Shown: in pieces, positions 37,572 to 49,190 of the stretch | Numbering within the stretch: position 1 is the first letter of the stretch | Layout: each line of letters begins with the position of its first letter | NCBI GenBank assembly: GCA_043228905.1 | Contig: JBHGNT010000018.1 | Coordinates: forward strand, 4,092,001-4,156,000 | Direction: 5' to 3' | DNA length: 64,000 bases | Origin: Azolla caroliniana | Taxonomy: Eukaryota > Plantae > Polypodiophyta | Program-made: the position numbers and the translations under genes | Notes under the pieces: generated by a model | What the model was told of the DNA's origin: nothing | Database searches by the model: none | Seen by the model: the letters and a program-made list of their open reading frames with translations, nothing else

Positions 37572-39485
37572 CAACAAATTAGTTGTATATTAGGCAATAG
37601 AACAAAGAGCAACAACAACATTTAACTAGGTTAAAAAGTCAATTTATATATTGACTAACTTAGGGCAACTGCCCTTCTCAGTATTTACATAAATAGTCAA
37701 AGCCTAGTGTGTACAAAAGGAGACAATGTGAATATGTCCATTAGACACCCGTATTCAACACTCCCTCATAATGGGCATATACATATTAAACTTATACTCG
37801 AAACGAGTATATAATATATATTGATACAAGGCTTTGAACAACCGAAGTCTGGTGTCCGAAAAAGGATCGCAATTGTTCGATTTAATCGAACCGATTCTCC
37901 ATTACGCCCATGTGTTGTGTAAGAGATCGAAATCGATCTTCCGAGAGACACTTGGTCATTGCGTCCGCGATATTATCGGTTATAGATATCTTTGCAAGGC
38001 CGATTTTCCCTGAAATGACGCAATCCCGAACGAAGTGATATCGAACGTCGATATTCTTGGAGGCGTTATGCTGAACCGGATTTTTCGATAGAACGACAAC
38101 ACCTTGACTGTCGCTATAAACAATCGGAGTCGAGCCGATTTCGGCTTGTCGAAACATGCAGGCTAGCCGGCTGAGCCATAAGGCCTCTTTCGCCGCATCG
38201 GAAGCAACTACGTATTCGGCTTCGGTCGTTGATGTGGCCGTGCATTCCTGAAGTTTGGATTTCCATGAGATGACCCCGTTTCCAACTTTGAAACAATATC
38301 CGATTGTTGATTTTCGGCTGTCTATGCAGCCCACAAAGTCAGAGTCGGTATATCCGACTACACCTGAGTTGTCGTTCGGTCTGAACAGAATACCAAGGTC
38401 TCTTTTGCCCGCCAGATATCTTAACACAAGCTTAATTGTATTCCAATGCGATCGACCAGGGTTATGCATAAATCTGCTGATGACTCCAACGACGTGAGCT
38501 ATATCAGGCCGTGTCACGACCATCGCGTACATGAGGGAGCCGACTACTAGTGCATACGGTACTGATTTCATAATTTCCCCCTCTGGACCGGATGTCAGTT
38601 AGTCTCGACGAGATAGCCGAGAATTAATAGGGAGCGGGGTAGAGGTAGATTTCTCTGATCGCATGTTGAAGCGTTCGAGGACACATCCAATGTGGTCAAA
38701 TTGAGACAGAAACAATTGTTGTCGATTACGATTCCGACGTATCTTCATGCCAAGAATGTGTCGTGCCGGATTGAGATCCTTCATGGCAAACTTCAACCGC
38801 ATGTTCGGCTAGTTCGCTTGCATGGTGTCCAGAAATTAGCATGTCATCCACGTAGATGATGAGAAAGATGGGTGATCCATCTCGAGCTGTTTTCGTGAAG
38901 AGACAATGGTCCTCATGGCTCTTTGAGAAGCCGATCGATTGGATGAAGTCGTCAAACTTCTTATACCATTATCGCGGCGCTTGTTTTAGGGTGTAGAGAC
39001 TCTTCCTGAGTCGGCAGACTAGATGTTCTTGGCTGAGTACCACAAAGCCTTTTGGCTACTCCATATAAATTTCCTCCTCAAGATCACCATGGAGGAAAGC
39101 TGTTTTGACATCTAGCTGAATTAGCTCCAAGTTTTCGGCTGCCACTACGTCGAGCATAAAGCGAAGGGTTGTCTTTTTTACCATTGGTGAAAAGCTTTCG
39201 TCAAAATCGACGTTGTGTTCTTGTCGAAAACCCTTGGCTACTAATCTAGCCTTGAACTTCGGGCTTGCCGAATCAAACATCTCCTTAATTCGATAGACCC
39301 ACTTGCACAGAAGAGCAAGTTGATTTTTCGAGAGTTCGACCAAGTCCCAAGTGTTGTTCATACGAATAGAGTTTATTTCTGACTCCATTGCCAAAGCTTC
39401 TTCGTATGACGTCAGTTCTCCGGCGTCCGTGAAGAAGATACCAGGAGAGTATCTCTCCGGGGGTTGCGACAGTCTCTCGAATCAT
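37381..39485 (-). mobile_element. Ty1/copia 3' half (3' LTR 37381-37760 containing (GA)n; RH, RT)
   Basis: CKWVYR, QLDVKTAFLHG, YVDD, SWKSKLQ..STTEAEY. Confidence 0.88.
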
Positions 39486-40294
39486 GGCATTTGGGTTCTT
39501 GAAACAAAGAATATGTCAAGAGGATGTGAAATAGTTGTAATTGAATGTTAGATTAGGGATATTGATATAGTTAATGAAAGAATCATGATCATCAATAAGC
39601 TCCTTGGTATGGTTTTCATTAGGAAGTGGTTGGAGCAATAGCTAGTTGAATAACAACATACTTAGAAGTGTTGTTTGGGCTTTAGCAAACATTGAAGTTG
39701 TGTGTGCGTGTGTGTTGTTGAAGAAAGGGAGGCACCACATGAACTTTGGGTGGCTCTACGAGTGGATTGACCTATAGGACTCTCACTTTCTGTCCTCAAA
39801 ACATGAGAACTAGTACTACAACTCCTCAACATGTCAACATCATCTTGATATTTCACAATATTGGGGGTCAAAGGTTTATAGATGATCAAACATGGATGAT
39901 GGAAATGAGCTCGACAGACAACCCCATCTTTTGTGAGTGGGCATAAGCTCCACTACTTTTCTTTGCTTTCTTCTAATTTAACTCATCTCTATGTAGGGTG
40001 GTTTCTTTTGCTCTAGGAATAAAAAACAGAGGAATGTCGGGCATGAAGGTTCTCGACTCTGGCTCGATACATGTGCTCCATATTTGCATAGACCTTTGGG
40101 TTTATATTGTGCCAAGGGAAATTGAAAACACGTGCATAGTTTGTTACATTGAACTCACAAAAGGTTTGCAACCAACGTTGTATGTCCTTTATGACCACGG
40201 AAAAGAGAAACTACAAAATTTGATGACATTTTCCCTTAAAATCTATTATATTATTGAATATAAACTAGACATCAAGATTTTATGTGGTCGAATC

Positions 40295-42433
40295 TTATCC
40301 CATCTTTTTTCTAGTGAGATCCCAAGTAAACCAACCCACTATCAATGCAACATAACCAATGACCACACCAATCGGTTCAAAAATATCAGTGGCCTTAATC
40401 GGGATTTCCCCCCTACTTGAAGTGGAATTGGGATCAGTTTTGGTGGCATCATCATTCCCACAAGAAAAGGATAAAGGGGCACCACATAGACCAGAGTTCC
40501 CTTCATAACTTTTGTATGAAAATGTCGAGAATTGGTTGTCGAGAGGTATTGAACCCTCGAGTTGATTGTACGAAACATTGAAATAAGCTAGAAAAGTGAG
40601 CTTCATCAATGACGAAGGTATTCCACCAATGAGAGAGTTGTATGATAAATCGAGGCTCTCTAGATCGGTCATATCGCCGATCGCATCTGGGATGTTTCCC
40701 GACAAATTGTTAAAACTCAAATCTATCTCTAAAAGCATGAGAGAAGCACCAATTTGTGAGGGTATGGACCCTTTTAGCTGATTGTGGGAGAGGTAAATTG
40801 ACGGTGGAAGCGCTGAAACTTGTGTGTATAGTAGCTCTTGGGCATCAAGTTCTTGTTTTATTGCGAGGTTGTTAACCACCTCTTTCAATCCAGTTAGCTT
40901 GTAATCGAGACTTATCAATGCGGGCAACAAGAACAATTCGGGTGGTATAGTTCCCGAGAAAGAGTTGTTGGATAAGTCCAAATAAAAAAGATGTGGAAAG
41001 GACCCAATCCATGGTGGGATGGATCCGATTAGGTTGTTCCACGAAAGGTCAAGCACTTGTAGTTTTGTGCAATTCCTCAACCACTCTGGAATGGAACCAA
41101 AGAGACGGATGTTTCCGAGGGCGAACACTTGTAGATTAGTTACCCCTTGCATCCTATCAGGTAGTGCCTCGTTGAACACATTCTTGGATAAGATCACACT
41201 CGCCAGATGCTCACGTCCATCGAGTGATCTTATGCTCCCGTTAAGGTCGTTGCTTGATAGCGAGAGCGTGGTTAGGTTCTTCAATCGATACAAAGACGAT
41301 GGGATCTCCCCTGAAAGTTTGTTGCTCGCAAGGTTTATGCTCTTGAGGGCCGCACACTCAGTTAACGAGGATGGGATTGACCCAAGAAAAGCATTGCTAT
41401 TGAGATCTAGATTTTCTAGCATTGAGAATTGATTGAATCGGACGACATCCAATGAACCACTGAATTTGTTTGCGTTTGCGGTGAATACCTTTAGGTTTGT
41501 ACACGAGGAGAGGTTTGAGGGAAGTTGTCCGGTGAAGTTGTTAAAATCCAACATGAAATGAGAGAGATTGATTAGGTTGCCGATAACATTATCTAGTTCG
41601 CCATCGAAACGGTTACGTGCAAGGCGAAGCATTGTTAACGCGGTTAGGTTGTAGAGACCTTGGGGTAGATTACCCACCAAGTTGTTATCACCAACATCTA
41701 ATGCTTGGAGAGAGGCACAAAGTCCAATACCTTTTGAGATTGTTCCTGAGAAATTGTTAGAGGATAGATCCATCTCTTGAAGAAGTGGGGCAGTTTGGCA
41801 TAGGGTGAGTGGCAAATCTCCACTTAAATCATTGTTGCTTGCTAGGAATTTCCTCAAGAGGCTCAAATTCCTTAAAGAAGAGGAAGGCAAGCTACCATTG
41901 AAGGCATTGGTAGAGAGGTTGAGCACTTGCAAAGAGCTGAAATTCACTAGTACATCAGAGAGCTGGCCTGAAAATTTGTTGCTACTGACATCAAGAGTGT
42001 GAAGGGATGAGAGTGTTGAGAGGTCTTGTGGGAGAGGCCCATATAAGTGATTATTAGAAACATTGAGAACTTGAAGAGATGGAATGTTGGCCAATCCTTG
42101 AGATAAACTCCCATTAAGACCTTTGCTGGAGAGAGAAATGCCCAGAATCTGTGCAGAAACAGCATCACAACTCACTCCTTCCCAATCACAACAGCTCCCA
42201 TTCCTGCTGCTTAAGCTCCAACCATTCTTGAGAGATGTTATGTTCACAGAATTCATGAATTGGAGAAGGGCATCGGCATCTCCTCTCGTGCAAGAATCGG
42301 AGGTTCGTAGCAGCCCAAGAGAGGACAGGAGAAATAGAGAGCAATACAAATTACTAGTAATGGTGATGGGTCTAACCATGTTTAGAGTGGATACATACAT
42401 GCAAAGGGAGTAGTTTGAAGCATCTGTACACAT
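40295..42433 (-). CDS. LRR receptor-like protein with a PSKR/PSY1R/RLP2-like ectodomain, TM helix and short tail, no kinase domain; start probably at 42400 or 42379
   Basis: Intact single ORF: signal peptide, LRRNT (CCDWEGVSC), plant extracellular LRRs, island ending LLYTQVSALPPSIYLSHNQL, GNSGLCG cap, TM IGVVIGYVALIVGWFTW. Confidence 0.93.
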   Translation of the reverse strand: MCTDASNYSLCMYVSTLNMVRPITITSNLYCSLFLLSSLGLLRTSDSCTRGDADALLQFMNSVNITSLKNGWSLSSRNGSCCDWEGVSCDAVSAQILGISLSSKGLNGSLSQGLANIPSLQVLNVSNNHLYGPLPQDLSTLSSLHTLDVSSNKFSGQLSDVLVNFSSLQVLNLSTNAFNGSLPSSSLRNLSLLRKFLASNNDLSGDLPLTLCQTAPLLQEMDLSSNNFSGTISKGIGLCASLQALDVGDNNLVGNLPQGLYNLTALTMLRLARNRFDGELDNVIGNLINLSHFMLDFNNFTGQLPSNLSSCTNLKVFTANANKFSGSLDVVRFNQFSMLENLDLNSNAFLGSIPSSLTECAALKSINLASNKLSGEIPSSLYRLKNLTTLSLSSNDLNGSIRSLDGREHLASVILSKNVFNEALPDRMQGVTNLQVFALGNIRLFGSIPEWLRNCTKLQVLDLSWNNLIGSIPPWIGSFPHLFYLDLSNNSFSGTIPPELFLLPALISLDYKLTGLKEVVNNLAIKQELDAQELLYTQVSALPPSIYLSHNQLKGSIPSQIGASLMLLEIDLSFNNLSGNIPDAIGDMTDLESLDLSYNSLIGGIPSSLMKLTFLAYFNVSYNQLEGSIPLDNQFSTFSYKSYEGNSGLCGAPLSFSCGNDDATKTDPNSTSSRGEIPIKATDIFEPIGVVIGYVALIVGWFTWDLTRKKMG

Positions 42434-42805
42434 GTTATCTTTACATCTTCTTGTACAGTTGTTGAATCTAGAAATTAAGATGTAATTTGATATTTGTTAT
42501 CAGTAGTAAGGGTGGTGGTGGTGATATGGATGTGAGAAAGGTGAAATAAATGCTAGGAAATTGAGGAGAAGGAAGATATTGAAGGAAACAGAGCAAGGCT
42601 TTACATATGTAAAGTGTGATGGTGATGGGTGGAACCATGCCTAAAGTAGATAGATACAAAGGAGTACTTTGTTTCAAAAGCTATTATGTATGTATATGTG
42701 TATTTGCATATATGCATGTATAAAAGTATCCATACTTATAGATACATAGATACATATATATGTATACATATGGAAATTGCCCAAATTCAACTCCTCTTTT
42801 CTTTG

Positions 42806-43026
42806 ATTTCCCAAATTCCTTTCACTTTGCCTTATTTCTTTGAGATGGTAAATTATATGATCAATTCGTTCCCATTATATATGTGCAGATTTTTCCCTAT
42901 GAGAAAGATTTTTCCTCTTTTCTTTGATTTCCCAAATTCCTTTCACTTTGCCTTATTTCTTTGAGATGGTAAATTATATGATCAATTCGTTCCCATTATA
43001 TATGTGCAGATTTTTCCCTATGAGAA
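42806..43026. repeat. 120-bp-period tandem duplication upstream of the RLP
   Basis: tttcccaaattcctttcactttgccttatttctttgagatggtaaattatatgatc...cagatttttccctatgagaaa occurs twice. Confidence 0.9.
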
Positions 43027-43124
43027 AAGCCTCAGGTACATAGACAAGAGTATACCTAACATAACCCAATTTTCTCACCTCTTTATTATATACTTAAAAT
43101 ATATCTCTTAATTCAATAGATGCC

Positions 43125-43200
43125 AGTATGGAAATGTAGGGGATTGTACCCACGACCACCTCGTCTCCATTGGGGCAACCTTACCAACTGAGCTACATCC
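43125..43200 (-). other. tRNA-derived SINE head / tRNA pseudogene
   Basis: Minus strand ggatgTAGCTCAGTTGGtaag...GGTACAATCCCctacat: A box, degenerate B box and an acceptor-like stem. Confidence 0.5.
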
Positions 43201-43272
43201 ATTCGAGTAAACTATATCCCACTTCAAAATCTCTTTTGACCTAGAAGCTTGGAGATAGGAAACATACTGTGT

Positions 43273-43307
<35 letters not shown>

Positions 43308-43894
43308 AGACATATTAACATCTTCTAAGGCCAAATTTGGCCCATAAGCCAATTGGTGTACAACAAAATAGGGTATTTACCCAATCATAAAAAATAAGAG
43401 AGGGAGATAGAGGGAGGGAGGGAGAGAGAGAGAGCATGCAAAAATGGGATTAAAAAATTCCTCCCCCCAAAAGTTGCACTCTCTCTCTCTCTCTCTCTCT
43501 TTGGTGAAAACACACAATTATATTAATAAATGTGTGTAAAAAACACTACTTACAATGGGTGTGATCTCTCTCTCTCTCTCTCTCTTATTTTTTCTTTTTA
43601 TCTAGTTTCTTTTTGCTTTCTCCTTTTTATTTATTTAGTTGTAAAAATTGGATGGCCTTAATCGTCTATGATTCCCAAGACGAGTTCAAGGCCGTCCAAG
43701 CCCAAGGGTGTGAAAGCACATGAATTTGTAAAAGTTAAAAGTAAGAAAGGGTGAATCTCTCACATGAGTGAGGAAAACAAGAGAGAGGGGAAATTACACA
43801 CGTGTGAAAAGAGAGAGAGAGAGAGAGAGAGAAGTGGATAGAAAAGTAAGAGAGAGAGTGGGCTCTTCTTCATTGTTCCTTGGAATGGAACCAC

Positions 43895-45213
43895 TTTCGA
43901 ATGGAACCAAAGAGACGGATGTCTCCAAGGGCAATTACTTGTAGATTAGTTACCCCCTTGTATTGTATCGGGTAGTGCCTCGTTGAACACATTCCTAGAT
44001 AAGATCACACTCACTAGATGTTCAATGCTGTCGAGTGATCTTATGCTCCCATTAAGGTTGTTGTTTGATAGCAAGAGTGTGGTTAGGTTCTTCAATCGAT
44101 ACAAAAAGACGATGGGATCTCTCCCGAAAGTTTATTCCTCGCAATGTTTATGCTCTTGAGTGCTATACACTCATTTAATGAGGATGGGATTGACTCAACA
44201 AAAGCATTGCTACTGAGATCAAGGTTGTCTAGCATCGGGAATTGATTGAATCGCACGACATCCAATGAACCATTGAATTTGTTTGCATTTGCGGTGAATA
44301 CCTTTAGGTTTGTACACAAGGAGAGGTTCGAGGGAAGTTGTCCGGTGAAGTTGTTAAAATCCAACATGAAATGAGAGAGATTGATTAGGTTGCCGATAGC
44401 ATTATCTAGTTCGCCATCGAAACGGTTACGTGCAAGGCGAAGCATTGTTAACGCGGTTAGGTTGTAGAGACCTTGGGGTAGATTACCCACCAAGTTGTTA
44501 TCACCAACATCTAATGCTTGGAGAGAGGCACAAAGTCCAATACCTTTTGAGATTGTTCCTGAGAAATTGTTAGAGGATAGATCCATCTCTTCAAGGAGTG
44601 GGGCAGTTTGGCATAGGGTGAGTGGCAAATCTCCACTTAAATTGTTGTTGCTAGCCAGGAATAGCCTCAAATGGCTCAAATTCCTTAAAGAAGAGGAAGG
44701 CAAGCTACCATTGAAGCCATTGGTAGAGATGTTAAGTACTTGCAAAGAGCTGAAATTAAGTAATACATCAGAGAGCTGGCCTGAAAATTTGTTGCTACTG
44801 ACATCAAGAGTGTGAAGGGATGAGAGTGTTGAGAGGTCTTGTGGGAGAGGCCCATCCAAGTCATTATTAGAAATATTGAGAACTTGAAGAGATGGAATGT
44901 TGGCCAATCCTTGAGAGAACCTCCCATATAGGCCTTTGCTGGGGAGAGAAATGGCCACAATTTGTGCAGAAACAGCATCACAACTCACTCCTTCCCAATC
45001 ACAACAGCTCCCATTGCTATTTCTTAACCCCCAACCTTTCTTGAGAGATGTTATGTTGACAGCATTCATGAACCGGAGAAGGGCATCGGCATCTCCTATG
45101 GTGCAAGAATCGGAGGTTCGTGGCAGTCCAAGAGAGGACAGGAGAAATAGAAGGCAATAGAGAGTACTGGAAATGGTGATGGGTCTAACCATGCTTAAAG
45201 TGGATAGATGCAA
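43895..45213 (-). pseudogene. Truncated tandem paralogue of the LRR-RLP
   Basis: Highly similar to 41090-42400. Frameshift near 44105; homology stops at about 43895, so the island, TM and tail are missing. Confidence 0.88.
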
Positions 45214-46321
45214 ACGAGTAGTTTGAAGCTTTTTGTAGTAATGTTGAATGTAGATAAGATGTAATTTGATATTTGTTATCAGTAGTAATGGTGATGGTGG
45301 TGATATAGAATCAATGTTATGTGAGAACAGTAGAGAAACAGGGGAGGGAGGTTATATATATATATATATATATATGTTGTGAGAAGAAAGTGATAGTTTG
45401 GAAGGATTGACATTGATATCAAAGAATGGCTCTTGGTTTCAAAAGATTTTGAAAAGCTGTCATTATTTTGCAACCAATACAACAAAGAATTTTGCAACCA
45501 ATAGTAGGATGACTCTATGCTTCTTGATGTGTGGATTCTTGTGAGGATGAAGATTGTGAAAAATTCAAATGATTGATTCTATAGATCATGGGGAGACTGT
45601 AGTTGGGGGATGATTATGATCTTGATGATCTTGATAGTGTCGTGATTCTGTTAATGCAATGCTTTTCTAATTTGATAAAAACAAAACATGAAGAAGAGGA
45701 TGTTGTGGAGGTGGTCTCATGATCAAGCCCTATTGGCATTATAGAAATCATCAGACTGCACAACTTCAGCCTCTAGGATTAAAATTTATAGAATAAATTG
45801 TTAAGAACTAGTAATGGTGATGGAGACGGGTGGAACCATGCTTAAAATGGATATATGGGAAGGAGTCAATTGTGATAGTTCATTGAAAGGTTCTTTGTTT
45901 CAAAAACTACATATATATATATGTATATGTATATGTGTATTTACATATATGCATGTATAAAAGTATACATACATACATATAAATAGATACATGTATACAT
46001 ACGGCAATTGCCCACATTAAGGAAATTCAATCGCTCATTTCTTTATCTCCCAAATTCTTGTCAATTTGCCTTATTTCCTTGAGACGGCCATGTTGGCAAA
46101 TTATATGATCAATTCGTTCCAATTGTTTCCACAATTATATATGTGCACATTTTTCGCCTGCATACATATACATATACCTAACATATACACATACATGCAG
46201 GTACATAGCCATGTACAAAAGGCATGCACATACGTAGAAGTAGAAGATTTAAAGACGTACCCTAAAAATGCTTGAACCTGCAACACAACCAATCCGCTGT
46301 TTGAGTCTGCAAAGAGGGAGA

Positions 46322-46730
46322 TGTTGAGTGGACAAGCTCAACCGGATCCGGATCGGTGTCCGGAACCAAGAGCCGAATCAGACTGTAACCGGTAGGCCGT
46401 TGGAGGCCTATGAATCTAGCCTAGTACATAGGCAGATTCCTTGGAGTCAGTGTCAGCCGCTCGTATGAGCATTGAAGTACTTGTCAGTACTTCTGTCAAT
46501 CCTTTATGGACTTGTATAAAAGTGCTCACTTAGCGCATTGTATATACAAAGTGTTTATTATTTGTAATAAAAGTCATTGTTCTGCTCTCTTTGTCTCTCC
46601 CACTCTCTGTCTCTGTATTTCGTAAGGTTTTCATTATACCTGTGTCTATTTTTTGTTGATATCCAGATAAACTGGTTTGTCAAAGCTTCCGCATTTAACT
46701 TTGACATAGTATCAGAGTGCGAGGGTTGAG
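46322..46730 (+). mobile_element. Copia 5' LTR (46322-46706) plus Met PBS, interrupted at 46731
   Basis: Reverse-complement homologue of LTR 21284-21732; tagtatcagagtgcgag PBS. Confidence 0.85.
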
Positions 46731-48972
46731 TGTTGGGAAAGGGCCGCCTTCGAATGTGGTGTCGTGAAGATTTTCGGCAATGGTGTGAAAATCACATAAA
46801 ACTACAAAAGGATGGAGGTCTTGAAGAGCTTTCGGATGCACTTTACTACATAAGAAACGAACATCTAAGTGTCAACTTATGTGGGTATAAAGTTTTGTAA
46901 AAGAAAAAGAGAAAAATAAAACTGTGAAATATCCCACATAGATAGAAAAGTTAAGGCCCTGGCTATATAAGCACATTGAGATCCCTTATTTTTCATTTGT
47001 GCTAAGAGCACTTTGGCCACTTTGTCTAGATGAATGAATGTGGCCAAATTCCCAAAAACCGACTGGCAATAAAATGGAACTGGAATCAGCCGGAAATCAA
47101 TTCGGAATTGGTCGATAAACTGGAAACCAAACTGGAACCGGCCGACAAGCAAACCAGAACCGGCCGAAATCGGCAATCGGATGGTGTCGAAAACTAGGCG
47201 AAACCGACGACCGACGACCGGACGGAACTGGTGATCGGGCGGAACCGGCGACCGGATGAGGCTGGACGCGGACCGGACAGATCGATCGGGTCGGTTGATC
47301 ATGGTGCATGGTGTCTTAAAGATATTTGGTCCAAAAGCCTAATAGTATTTTGTGCATAAAAGAAAAAGATGTAAGCAAGACTCGAACTTAACACCTCCAA
47401 GATAGGAAGCAATAAGCTTACCATTAAGCCAAACCATTTCTTTAAAGATTACATTTTTATCATTATAAGTTTACATGTAAATTCTCATACATGAGAGCAA
47501 AAATGAGTGACATGGTTATCATGCACCACATGTAATACATGAGCGCCAAATGGCAAACATGCATTTTATGCATGTCTTGTACCCTCAAATGCATGAGGGC
47601 ATCTATAGAAGAGGGGGGGGGGGAAGATGAAAGGACTAATGTAAATTTTTTATCAAGAACTTTGTACTTTAAATAAAAAATTAAGAAGAAAATTCGTTAT
47701 CCAATTGATGTATTAATCTTGTTCTTGAAATCTAAAGTCAAGAATTCAATCTTAATCTCTCTCTCAATCTAAATCAAGCGTTCTATCTTATCTCAATCTC
47801 TCTCTTTCTTTCAATCTATCTTAATTCTTTTCTCGCTAAAGCTTGTGCAAACTTCGAATCCTTCCAGTCCAGAACCCCGGCGGTTCCGCCTCACGATCTG
47901 CACGTAGTGACGGATCTTCATGACATAATTAGGTGGTGAACCCGACGTGAAAGAGGCGGCAGGAAGGATCAAATCGAGGATCAACCGATACTTGGAGATG
48001 GCATCCTCAAGCAACCAAGCGGGAGAGTTTGAAAGGATGATGATAATCGTCGAACAAATGATGAGATCTCGAGACAATGATGCGAGCGTGGAGAAGGCCG
48101 TCGACCATGTCGTAGAGCTCAAGGGTCAATTTGATGGAAGGAATGTTACGAAGTTCCATGACGCATACAAAAGGGAGATGAATCAAAGAGACGTGTCTGA
48201 AGCACGACAAATCACGAGTTTCAAGAGGGTGGTTGCCAACAACATCCAAAGACGCGTCATCGAGCTTCAAGAAGGTAAGATAACATGGTCCGAGTTTGAG
48301 AAAGCGATATTAGCGGAGTTCGTGACTGAAGACTCAATGAGGATGACTCGACATGCCTAGATCAAGTGGATAGAATAGAAGAATAAGAAGATGAGCACCT
48401 CGAGGGTGTACGACGAATTCGACCAGATGTTTAGTCGTCTCCCCAACACGGACCAAGAGCTTCTTGAAGAAGACAATGACAAGAACACACGCTCCCGATG
48501 AACAACGCTCGGCCACAACCGAGCCTAGGATAAAACACAGAAAACGGATAATGAACGCACGACACAATGAAGAGAAGAGTACACAGGATGTTAACGTGGA
48601 AAACCCAAACTAGGGAAAAAACCACGGCAGCCCACAAACTGCAAACTATCACTATATCAGAATGTACAATAGTAGAGCACTGAGGCAACGACCTCGAGCT
48701 TGCTATCTTCGCCACAAGCGGCGGTTACAACAGAGGCAACAACCTCTTCTTCTCTCTCTCTCTCTGTACTCCGTTACGCGCTCTAATCTTGCGCCAACTA
48801 GAATGACAACAACATACTACAGTTCTCAGTTTGCCCTAAGTCATATTTATACTAATATGACTTTTCGGCTATTTACAAATATAGCCCCGATGGACTCTCA
48901 GAAAACATATTTACAAATATGTCCCTTCATCCGGTGAGCACTTCTCGCCGGGCCTTCACCATCCAGCTCTTG

Positions 48973-49190
48973 CCGGGTACTCGTCATCCGGTTCTCACCG
49001 GGTCTTCCGTAGCTGGGTACTCGTCATCCGGTTCTCATCGGGTCTTCCGTAGCCGGGTACTCGTCATCCGGTTCTCACCGGGTCTTCCGTAGCCGGGTAC
49101 TCCTCATCCGGTTCTCACCGGGTCTTCCGTTGCTAGGTACTCCTCATCCGGTTCTCACCGGGTCTTCCGTTACTGGGTACTCCACATCCG
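48973..49190. repeat. 40-bp tandem repeat in the LTR (about 5.5 copies here, about 3.5 at 60231-60370)
   Basis: ccgggtactcgtcatccggttctcaccgggtcttccgtag. Confidence 0.92.

Noticed and set aside
39490-40290. Possible kinase exon or transposase remnant downstream of the RLP
   Set aside because: No recognisable kinase or DDE motifs in any frame.
43125-43200. Functional tRNA gene
   Set aside because: The B box is degenerate and no proper anticodon arm is evident; treated as a SINE or pseudogene.
43326-43661. Tourist-like MITE (taaggcc...ggcctta)
   Set aside because: The inverted match is only about 5 bp beyond the TAA; insufficient.
48973-49190. Regular repeats resembling a CRISPR array (also 36065-36206)
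   Set aside because: Head-to-tail repeats with no unique spacers, inside eukaryotic LTRs, and no cas genes.
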